The notes below the pieces were generated by a model. That model saw only the letters and a program-made list of their open reading frames with translations, was not told the DNA's origin and searched no databases. Below, piece after piece: positions 8,707 to 16,772 of a DNA stretch of 23,319 nucleotides. The position numbers and the translations under genes were made by a program. This DNA is from an archaeon (lineage in GTDB: Archaea; Asgardarchaeota; Thorarchaeia; Thorarchaeales; Thorarchaeaceae), in NCBI GenBank assembly GCA_024276825.1, contig JAJRWI010000051.1:1-23319 (forward strand). The letters are read 5' to 3'. Positions within the stretch are counted from its first letter, which is position 1. Every line of letters starts with the position of its first letter.

Positions 8707-10080
8707 ATTGTCGTCTTCTTGCCCCAGACGTTTGCCAGGTTTGAATCTACGACTGGGGTCTACTCTAAGTCTAGCTGTGTCAGGAGGACCTTGAAGGTCC
8801 GCACCAGGTCTTCCTTCCTCAATCTGCTCAGGGGTTTCCGGTGCTGTGACCTCTTCGTAGACCTCCTTATCAACCTCTTCAGGGGTCACCTCTTCGCCCT
8901 CTTCCTTGATACGTTCAACAACACGTTCAACACGCTCGACTTTGAGATAATAGAGCATTGAAAAGATTGCAACCAGAGGGAATGCCAGAAGCTTTGCAAC
9001 ATCACGGAATATAAAGTTGACATAGTTCGTGGTTGAACTCCAGTCAAACCAAGCAGCCAATTGAGGGCTGTATGTTGATGCTGTGATTAGGCTGTCCACA
9101 AAGAAGAATCCGCTTGCCAGCATGAAAGTGATCAACGGGCCAAGATCCCGAACTCTAAAACGGCTCTCTTCAACTGATTCAGTCACGGTCCTGCCAATAC
9201 CCGACATGGCATACACGAGGAAGAACAGTGTCATGGCAATATCGACAGGCTCCATTGATGGAACCGAGGTCCTGCGCATAACGTTTACCAAGAAATATCC
9301 TGAATAAATGGCAATGAAGACTGTGAGCAAAGCAATATTGAGTGCTGCACCTTTGAGGGCATACCTGAAATAGGCAACCAATGCGATCAATGCGAATATT
9401 CCAAGTAGTGCAAAAGCCACTATGATGTATGTGAAATGTAGCGAGATGTTCTGTTGGAAGTTTGGAAATACTGGACCCAGCATGGTACTGATACCGAAGA
9501 GGTCTTGAGGAATCACTACAAGGGCAAGAATAGCCTCTGCTGCAATGATACCAATACCGATAATTAGAATGATGAATGCCAAGAAACCTTTAGCAATCCC
9601 ACCCTTCTTCGGCTCTGCAATTGTTGCGATTCTTAGACTGGTTCGTGATGACAGGTATGCCTGAAAACCAATCCATCCGACCCATCCCACCGCCGCAAAC
9701 AGATAAAGTGGTGTGGACTTGAAGAATACTGAGAGCCATACTGCAATGAAGAAAGACACTGCAATCCATGCTATTCCCTTGAGCTCTGTGATTCTTCCAC
9801 GGCCCCTTCTGGTTATCCATACTTTGTCAAGTCCTACCAGTAGTAGTATTGTGCCTAGCATAAAATAGATCGTTCCTGTTGCTCCAACATATGCAAAAAC
9901 ATTCACAAGGACTGTTTCTGTTGGAGATCCTACAACTCCAGGTATCGAGAGAATATACGATACAAAGAAGGAGATGAACGATGTAATGAAGAAAATAATC
10001 AGATAGGCAACATATCTTCGTGTTTTAAAGAAGACCTTTAGGCCTTCGATGATATTGGAGAGAACTGGAATGCTTACCAA
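8698..10080 (-). CDS. Polytopic membrane protein of unknown function (about 11-12 TM) with charged C-terminal tail
   Basis: Many hydrophobic helices and a Glu-rich tail. Start placed at TTG 10080 because GGAGG lies just upstream (ORF track extends to 10137). Confidence 0.8.
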   Translation of the reverse strand: MVSIPVLSNIIEGLKVFFKTRRYVAYLIIFFITSFISFFVSYILSIPGVVGSPTETVLVNVFAYVGATGTIYFMLGTILLLVGLDKVWITRRGRGRITELKGIAWIAVSFFIAVWLSVFFKSTPLYLFAAVGWVGWIGFQAYLSSRTSLRIATIAEPKKGGIAKGFLAFIILIIGIGIIAAEAILALVVIPQDLFGISTMLGPVFPNFQQNISLHFTYIIVAFALLGIFALIALVAYFRYALKGAALNIALLTVFIAIYSGYFLVNVMRRTSVPSMEPVDIAMTLFFLVYAMSGIGRTVTESVEESRFRVRDLGPLITFMLASGFFFVDSLITASTYSPQLAAWFDWSSTTNYVNFIFRDVAKLLAFPLVAIFSMLYYLKVERVERVVERIKEEGEEVTPEEVDKEVYEEVTAPETPEQIEEGRPGADLQGPPDTARLRVDPSRRFKPGKRLGQEDDNEE

Positions 10081-10259
10081 TTTGTTTTCCTCCAGTGATG
10101 TAAATCCTAGAGTATGTCTTGATTTTAACTTTTGCAAGGCTTATTAACTTGTGTTAGAAGAGTAAGAATAGTAGTTCTGATTTTTGAACTACAATTTCGA
10201 TTCATGGAAATAGAATACAAGATAAATAGGTTTAATAGTCGGAAAAAATTAATCCATAC

Positions 10260-10348
10260 GTGGTCGGAGTTCGGCATGGCCTTGTTTTATACATGCCCTC
10301 ATTACAAAACAACTCCCCCCTCCTACCATGCCTTGCCGACCCGACCAC
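10260..10348. ncRNA. Candidate structured non-coding RNA / cis-regulatory element
   Basis: GC-rich island in an AT-rich spacer with nested inverted repeats: GTGGTCGG/CCGACCAC, GGCATGG/CCATGCC, TTGTTTTATA/TACAAAACAA. Confidence 0.45.
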
Positions 10349-10560
10349 ACCTATTTCATGAGGTCAAATTGGTCATAAAACGGAATAGGATCGCGCTCAG
10401 TGCCATTCTCCAATAATTAAGATTCAAATATAATCATAATCCTTATCAAATTTCAATTCGCAGTATTTCAAAGCGCCAATTGATGAATTGGAGTCATGGT
10501 CAAAACCTGGGATATCATTTTTCATTAACTAAGTAATTCATTTATGAAACCAGTAGTAGT

Positions 10561-10597
10561 AAATAAAGAGGGGAGACACCCCATTAGGAGGGTCTCC
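10561..10597 (-). terminator. Hairpin plus T-rich tract downstream of the Kbl/BioF-family gene
   Basis: GGAGAC...GTCTCC stem about 11 nt after the stop codon, followed on the minus strand by CTCTTTATTT. Confidence 0.45.
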
Positions 10598-10608
10598 AAT
10601 TCGGGAAA

Positions 10609-11832
10609 CTAAATTATTCCAAGCCTTTTACCAATTTTTTCGTAGGCATTGAGAGCCTTGTCAAGATGTTCCTTAGTAAGGCCGCTGTTCATCATGTTTC
10701 TAATACGAGCTTTGTCGCGAGCGACCATTGGATATACAATTGGCAGGGCTAAGATGCCTTCCTCCAAAAGGCCCTCACTGAGTTGGACGGCCTTTGCGCT
10801 CTCGCCGACGATAGCAGGAACGATTGGAGTCTGGCTGTTGCCAATGTCATAGCCAAGTTGGGTGAGACCTTTGACAAAATACTCTCGGTTGTCCCAGAGT
10901 GTCTTCACATGCTCGGGCTCGGTTTCAAGAACATCGATTGCGGCGATACAAGCTGCGGCTGTTGCTGGTGGGTGAGAAGCACTGAGAAGCCATGATCGGC
11001 TCTTGTTATAGGCGTACTTCACCATGTCCTCACTACCAGAAACATGGCCACCCATGACACCAAACGCCTTGGAAAATGTACCCATCTCAAAGTGTACATC
11101 ATGATGGGTCAGTTTGTAGTGAGAAACGATACCACGGCCGCCATCACCGAGTACTGCCTCACCATGTGCGTCATCGACATAGATCATTGCACCATGCTCC
11201 TTGCCCAGCTTAACGATCTGATCAAGGAGTGCAATGTCTCCATCCATTGAGAAGACACCGTCGGTTATTATCAGGATCTTGTTTGGATTCTCTTTCTCAG
11301 CCTCATTGAGCACTTTCTCAAGTTCGCCCATGTCATTATGAGCATAGACATAACGAGTGGCCTTAGTTAGTCGCACACCATCGATGATTGAACCATGATT
11401 TAGCTCATCAGAGATTATGGCATCACCCTTGCCAACAAGCTGGGGGATCAGACCCTCATTTGTTGTAAAACCAGCCGAGTAGGTCAGAGAAGCCTCAGCC
11501 CCCTTGAACTTTGCAAGTCTTCGCTCTAGCTCAAGGTGAAGGTCCATTGTGCCAGCAATGGCTCTCACAGAACCTGAACCAACTCCGTGTGTTTCAATGG
11601 CCTTGATAGCAGCTTCCTTCAACTTTGGATGGTTTGTCAAGTTGAGGTAGTTGTTACTGCAAAGCATGATCACCTCTTTGCCATCCACTTTCGCAACAGG
11701 AGTGCTGGGGCCTTGAAGCTCACGAATCTTCCACTCAAGATTCTGCTCGACAAGTTTCTCATACTCCTCGCGCATCCAAGCAATTGGATCTCTCATTTTT
11801 TTCACCAGTACATTGGTCTTTGTTTGTGACAA
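10609..11832 (-). CDS. kbl: PLP-dependent alpha-oxoamine synthase (glycine C-acetyltransferase / 8-amino-7-oxononanoate synthase family)
   Basis: CSNNYL, GSGSVRAIAGT, SDELNHGSIIDG, DGVFSMDGD, DDAH, GTFSKAFG (PLP Lys), ARIR. Kbl versus BioF specificity cannot be resolved by eye. Confidence 0.85.
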   Translation of the reverse strand: MSQTKTNVLVKKMRDPIAWMREEYEKLVEQNLEWKIRELQGPSTPVAKVDGKEVIMLCSNNYLNLTNHPKLKEAAIKAIETHGVGSGSVRAIAGTMDLHLELERRLAKFKGAEASLTYSAGFTTNEGLIPQLVGKGDAIISDELNHGSIIDGVRLTKATRYVYAHNDMGELEKVLNEAEKENPNKILIITDGVFSMDGDIALLDQIVKLGKEHGAMIYVDDAHGEAVLGDGGRGIVSHYKLTHHDVHFEMGTFSKAFGVMGGHVSGSEDMVKYAYNKSRSWLLSASHPPATAAACIAAIDVLETEPEHVKTLWDNREYFVKGLTQLGYDIGNSQTPIVPAIVGESAKAVQLSEGLLEEGILALPIVYPMVARDKARIRNMMNSGLTKEHLDKALNAYEKIGKRLGII

Positions 11833-12007
11833 CTGGTCACAATCAACTATGCCGTGCGAAGTGATAGAGTATATATGGCCTTCGCTTTATTCAAAAAAGT
11901 AAACCCATGGCTTGAAGTTCATTTTTACCCCAATCTTTCATAGTAGAATTGAATAAGGGCAGATATAAAATCTGAATTGGCAAAATCTTGATTGTGAATA
12001 GCACAAA

Positions 12008-12658
12008 GTGATGATATTGAACGGGCTGATTCAAAAATATGGCTTACTGGTGATCGGAGGAGTTCTTTCAATAATATTCTACTGCATCTTTACATTGATT
12101 TCATGGAAACTGTATCCATATGAGTTTTGGCCCACCACTCACTATCTCAGTAGATTGGGTGATTACATCTACAGTCCGCTTGGTGCCTATTTCTATAATG
12201 CTGGATGCATCCTTACTGGAATCGTTTTGTTTCCGTTCTTCATTGGATTTAGCGAGTGGCATGAAGAGAATATCTTCAAGAGATATTTTATGATATCAGG
12301 ACAGGTGTTGGGGCTTTTCTCAGCGGTTGCATTAATCATGATTGGCATCTTCTCGGAGGATCAAGGACCGCCACACATGACTGCATCCACAACTTTCTTC
12401 CTCCTGAATTTTTTTGTCTTGTTCATTATCAACTTTGCATTACTAATGAACTCAAGAATTCCAAAACCGATTCCACTCTATGGGCTGATATTTGACATTG
12501 GTTACGTTGCCCTTGAATTCACAATTGGTGGACCAATTGTTGAATGGATCACAGTATTTGGGTCGCTTTTGTTCGTTGGAATGATATCACTCCATACATA
12601 TTACATAAGACAGATGAATGAAGGAACAGCAATGGTATTAAAGGACCTACTGATTTGA
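12008..12658 (+). CDS. DUF998-family membrane protein
   Basis: About 6 TM helices; YLSRLG, FYNAG, IGIFSED...PH motifs. Confidence 0.75.
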   Translation: MMILNGLIQKYGLLVIGGVLSIIFYCIFTLISWKLYPYEFWPTTHYLSRLGDYIYSPLGAYFYNAGCILTGIVLFPFFIGFSEWHEENIFKRYFMISGQVLGLFSAVALIMIGIFSEDQGPPHMTASTTFFLLNFFVLFIINFALLMNSRIPKPIPLYGLIFDIGYVALEFTIGGPIVEWITVFGSLLFVGMISLHTYYIRQMNEGTAMVLKDLLI

Positions 12659-13219
12659 AGAAGCAACACATTCTGGATTCTCATCCATTTGTTCCTCGTC
12701 TTTACAGACGATTTCAGGAATGATAAGAATTGCAAAAAAGATGATAGCAACAGTGATCATCCCAGTAGTAGTTTTAAGAAACAAGCTGATATGACCAACA
12801 TAAGGTATCCTGAAAACAACGACTCCAATTATCTCATTATAGGTTCGGTCATATGGGTCGGGATGAGTGTTTGCATCGCCTTTTGTGTAATAATGATATG
12901 TCCCATTAATGACTTCTATATCTATCACACGATGCACGACTGGGCCTGAGGTCTGCCATTCGGTGTCTTGAAACACAATGATGTCGCCCACCTTAATCTG
13001 GTCTGGAGGGCGGGACTGCAGGACAAGAAGATCTCCACGATCGAGGGTGGGGACCATTGAGTAGCTTGTGACAACAACCAGAGGACTTGAAGTGCCCATT
13101 GCGACCATAAACAGGCCATATCCACCAAAAGTGGCTCCAACCACGATTACTAGGGTGAAGGCAGATTTAAACCATTCAGGCCTAGTGTTCCATTTCAGTT
13201 TGCTTTTTATCCTCTGCAT
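12647..13219 (-). CDS. sec11: Signal peptidase I, archaeal/ER Sec11 type
   Basis: VVTSYSMVPTL (catalytic Ser), GDIIVF, VVHRVI (His), TKGDAN...D; N- and C-terminal TM. ATG 13219 follows GAGGA (alternative TTG 13225). Confidence 0.92.
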   Translation of the reverse strand: MQRIKSKLKWNTRPEWFKSAFTLVIVVGATFGGYGLFMVAMGTSSPLVVVTSYSMVPTLDRGDLLVLQSRPPDQIKVGDIIVFQDTEWQTSGPVVHRVIDIEVINGTYHYYTKGDANTHPDPYDRTYNEIIGVVVFRIPYVGHISLFLKTTTGMITVAIIFFAILIIPEIVCKDEEQMDENPECVASSNQ

Positions 13220-13335
13220 TAGCAAGTCCTCATCTTAGCCGAGTTTGACATGTCTAATAAAATTGACGTTACCTTGTACCAATCGGAATCTTAAAACAAG
13301 TAATGGGTATTGGGTTCATTAACGAGTGATGAGCC

Positions 13336-14475
13336 TTGAGTAGAGTATTTACGCGTGCCTGGAAAAGCACTCCAAGAATCAATTGTGGACTCTGTGGTAT
13401 GTCTAATTGTGCCAGCTTTGCTAGAGCCGTCATATATGGTAAGATAGGTGCGGACACATGCCCACTATTCCAGCTTCCAGAATATCAACCTATGAAACAT
13501 GAATTGGAAACCGTGTGCAAGCAGGCACGGCATCCACGTTCAAAGCTTGCCCCGCCAATGCCTGAGGGCGGTATTCTACTCACCAAGCCTTGTAGGGACA
13601 CCAATGAACGCGTAATGGCAGAACTTAGAGTATTCAACGGTGTTCCCACAGGTCAGCCCATCTTGTATGGAGTCTTTGACCCGATGATACTCTGCAAGTG
13701 CCTTAACTGTCTGGAGAGCAAGTTTGAGCTTGTTAAATGCAGTAAGGAATTGGGATATGGCCGGGCAGACACGGGCGACATGAGCATCACGCTACTTCAA
13801 GATGGAAGAATCAACATGCGCAGGGTTCTGGACAAGGATCATGTTCTTGACCTGTTTTCAAAGATAGAGAAAGCCATCTTTGGTTCCGTCATTTGCAACT
13901 CATGTGGACGAGATGTACTGTCGATTCTCCTTGATGCTCGTACTCTTGACGGTGAGAATGAGCATGAGGCCATTTCGGGCGGTAGCACCTTTGACCTTCA
14001 AAGATCAATTATTGGAACTCCCCTTAAGCGAAGTGATGTTGACTCTATTCATAATTCAGAATTAATCAAGTCAGCTATTGATGATGCAATTGTTGTATTC
14101 AGAAGAGCACTAGATAACATCATGAACAAGAGCCCTGTTGACGATGGTCTGTTCAACAAATTGGAAAAGGCAATCTGTTCAATTGTTTCTGAACTCTTTG
14201 TCAACGACTCGGATTATGACACGACAGTGCTTCTAAAAACCATGGCACTATTGCTATTGATTGAGGATGCCATATATGGCATTAATGAAATATCGCTATC
14301 TATCGATATGTTAAAGGAGGATGAGCAGGTATGGCTCGTAAATGCATCAGAAAGCGTGAGGAAGAACTTTACCATTCAAGCCCCTGATATTGCAAATTCC
14401 AAGAAATATATTGCATATGCAAATCTTACAAGGGTTTCAAATGCACTTCGTTTCATATCAATCTGGAATGGCTAA
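13336..14475 (+). CDS. (Fe-S)-binding protein with N-terminal putative Fe-S (PF04060-like) domain
   Basis: PRINCGLCGMSNCASFA...CP Cys pattern; additional KPC, VKCS and CNSCG motifs. Confidence 0.75.
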   Translation: MSRVFTRAWKSTPRINCGLCGMSNCASFARAVIYGKIGADTCPLFQLPEYQPMKHELETVCKQARHPRSKLAPPMPEGGILLTKPCRDTNERVMAELRVFNGVPTGQPILYGVFDPMILCKCLNCLESKFELVKCSKELGYGRADTGDMSITLLQDGRINMRRVLDKDHVLDLFSKIEKAIFGSVICNSCGRDVLSILLDARTLDGENEHEAISGGSTFDLQRSIIGTPLKRSDVDSIHNSELIKSAIDDAIVVFRRALDNIMNKSPVDDGLFNKLEKAICSIVSELFVNDSDYDTTVLLKTMALLLLIEDAIYGINEISLSIDMLKEDEQVWLVNASESVRKNFTIQAPDIANSKKYIAYANLTRVSNALRFISIWNG

Positions 14476-14969
14476 TGCTTCCATCGTTCTTTTGTTCGAT
14501 TGATGAGTCTAAGAATCTGTTCTGCATCAGATAGAGGGTCAGGATGCCAGTCCCGAGGAGTTTCACAGGACGCAGATGAATCAATTCCGCAGATGAACTT
14601 GACCAAAAGTTCTAGTCTCATGGTTTCAGCTTTTGCTGCGCGAGACGCATCCTTATCAGTTGGAAATCCGGAAGGGGGCGTTTCAGAGGTGCTGACGACG
14701 TACCACAAGTCTTCACCAATATTCGTAGCCACTAGTTCAGCTGGAAAATTATCAATATTCTCCTTGAAGACTATTGTATCGCCCAGTTCAATTGCTGAAC
14801 CTACTGGCTTTTGATCGCCATCGGGTGATTCAATCAGCTCAATAAAGTCAACAAGTACTCGTTCTACACCCTTTCTAAGAAGATCAAGAGATGCATGAAT
14901 AATAACTCCATCATCAGATGTGAGAGAGTCTTGATTGGCACCTATATTCTCATCTGTCATAACAATCAT
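14472..14969 (-). CDS. Hypothetical acidic protein
   Basis: 165-aa ORF filling the gap with a 4-nt convergent overlap; no recognised motif. Confidence 0.6.
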   Translation of the reverse strand: MIVMTDENIGANQDSLTSDDGVIIHASLDLLRKGVERVLVDFIELIESPDGDQKPVGSAIELGDTIVFKENIDNFPAELVATNIGEDLWYVVSTSETPPSGFPTDKDASRAAKAETMRLELLVKFICGIDSSASCETPRDWHPDPLSDAEQILRLINRTKERWKH

Positions 14970-15250
14970 GTAATAAAGACTTGAATAAGGCTTTATTTTT
15001 TGCCATTTATGGTCAAACCATCAAAAAAGTCCTTGATTCATATATTGGCAATAATTACAATTGCTTCAGAATATCGTAAAGAGAGTTAATCATTGAAAGA
15101 AATTGAACATAGCGATTTAACAAATTGCATGAGAGAGAATTTGTTCTGGTTGTGCCAGTTTCGACAATAATCAAATTATAAGAGATAAGTTACATTTAAA
15201 TCATAGTGTATATTCGTATTACAAGCGTTCTGGAGAACGAGGAGATATCC

Positions 15251-16663
15251 ATGGTATACTATACCGACGATCCACCTCAAATTAACAGGCGAATGGTGGC
15301 AGGTTATTACCTGTTCCTATGCCTGGTTGGCTTTGCCGTTCTCCTAGGACCAACAGGTGGTGGCATTCCAACAACACTAATTGAGAATGTCCACCGTAAC
15401 CAGCACGAGATCGCAACACCGAATTATGGCACTGATCCTACAGACTGCCAGACATGCCATCCAAATGAATATGGCAACTGGAGTGTAACGGATCATGCCA
15501 CGCACATGAGTGTTGTAAACTCAACTCATGTGCAGATTGGGGCTTATGTTATCATTTCATGGGCATATTTCAACACATCCTGCGCTGAGTGTCATACAAG
15601 TGGTTGGGACAACTCCACGGGCACACCAACTTACGATGCTCTAGGAGTCAACTGCTTTGCGTGTCATAACTCTACAGGATATGTTGATTATTCAGGTGAA
15701 ACATGCTCATCCTGTCACAAACCAAGTGGCGAGGAGCATCCACACCAATATGTCCCATGGCAGAACTCGGCCCATGCGAACTCGTTGACTGACCTCCGAA
15801 GCAGTTCACATGCAGCATCATACTGTATGCATTGCATGTCAACTGAGGGCTTTGTATATCAGCAGAACCCCGAAATGATCGGCAATGATGTCGATACTGG
15901 TTTTGACCCTAATGCCGATTACAATGCAGTGTCTTGCCCAGCATGTCATGCGGTTCATGCAAACTGGTCAGGAACATCGCCAGGAATGATTCGCGCAGTC
16001 AATGCAACTCAGCTATGTGCGAATTGCCACGTTGGAACGTACCACGACACATACCAGCTATGGACTGGTGGTCCACACCATCTTGCTGGAGTTGAGTGTA
16101 CTGACTGTCATGGCTACGATATAGCTCCAGGTGATAATGTATTCCTTAACCACACATTCGTGGTGAATCCAGAAGTTGCATGTGGCCAGAGTACAGAGTG
16201 CCATGAGGGGCAAGAAGACTGGGCCATAAACCAGTTGGAGCAGATACAGAGTGCATTTGATGCCCTCACAGATGAGATTCTCACTGAGGCCTCTGCTCTT
16301 GAAGACATCATTACCACATATAATCAGACTGATGGTGCTGACCATGATCTTGTAGCCGAGGTCATGGATGTGATTGATTCAGTCGTTAGTGAGGTCACTT
16401 ATCTCATAAACGACGGGTCACATGGATTCCATGATCCAATGGAGTTCAGCCAGCGTCTCACTGATGCGTACGCACAACTGCTGAATGCAAAGGCCTACTT
16501 CTATGAAAATCTCCCACCAGACACAGTGATTGAAACAGTCACTGAAACTGTGACCGTAACTGTGCCTGTTGGTGGAACCGACACACTAGTGTTGGCTGGA
16601 GGAGCAGTCGGAGGCATCGTTGTCGGGTTACTCCTAGGAGCGCTCATAGGCAGAAGACGCTAG
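15251..16663 (+). CDS. Cell-surface multiheme c-type cytochrome (7 CXXCH + CXXCM + CX5CH; c554-like repeats and NrfA/c552-like helical C-terminus)
   Basis: CQTCH, CAECH, CFACH, CSSCH, CPACH, CANCH, CTDCH; plus CMHCM and CGQSTECH; DGSHGFH motif; N-terminal hydrophobic segment, Thr/Val linker, C-terminal TM plus RRR. ATG 15251 follows GAGGAG. Confidence 0.92.
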   Translation: MVYYTDDPPQINRRMVAGYYLFLCLVGFAVLLGPTGGGIPTTLIENVHRNQHEIATPNYGTDPTDCQTCHPNEYGNWSVTDHATHMSVVNSTHVQIGAYVIISWAYFNTSCAECHTSGWDNSTGTPTYDALGVNCFACHNSTGYVDYSGETCSSCHKPSGEEHPHQYVPWQNSAHANSLTDLRSSSHAASYCMHCMSTEGFVYQQNPEMIGNDVDTGFDPNADYNAVSCPACHAVHANWSGTSPGMIRAVNATQLCANCHVGTYHDTYQLWTGGPHHLAGVECTDCHGYDIAPGDNVFLNHTFVVNPEVACGQSTECHEGQEDWAINQLEQIQSAFDALTDEILTEASALEDIITTYNQTDGADHDLVAEVMDVIDSVVSEVTYLINDGSHGFHDPMEFSQRLTDAYAQLLNAKAYFYENLPPDTVIETVTETVTVTVPVGGTDTLVLAGGAVGGIVVGLLLGALIGRRR

Positions 16664-16670
16664 AATATTA

Positions 16671-16701
16671 GGGGCCTTTCAGGCCCCAAACTTTTTCTTT
16701 T
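16671..16701 (+). terminator. Intrinsic-terminator-like hairpin after the cytochrome gene
   Basis: GGGGCCT-TTC-AGGCCCC perfect 7-bp stem followed by AAACTTTTTCTTTT. Confidence 0.7.
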
Positions 16702-16772
16702 GAAGTTACAAATCTTGGGACATAGAAACTATGAATTTACGAAAGAAAACTTATTAACTGCAAGTAAGCTGA

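Noticed and set aside
10266-10316. Eukaryote-like SECIS (minus strand AUGA...AAAA...GA)
   Set aside because: The helix after AUGA is short and out of register with the GA, and the upstream kbl-like gene has no in-frame UGA. Kept only as a generic structured RNA.
10132-10416. 94-aa plus-strand ORF
   Set aside because: No motif or SD, atypical composition, and it overlaps the structured element and the likely promoter region of the membrane gene.
10609-11832. Serine palmitoyltransferase (sphingolipid) interpretation
   Set aside because: The motifs fit the Kbl/BioF-related group and there is no supporting lipid gene context. Phylogeny would be needed.
15206-15250. ORF-track GTG start of the cytochrome
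   Set aside because: ATG 15251 has a GAGGAG site at proper spacing and puts the hydrophobic segment closer to the N-terminus.
15251-16663. Calling the cytochrome nrfA
   Set aside because: No CXXCK active-site motif, a different heme count, and no nrfH/nrfBCD nearby.
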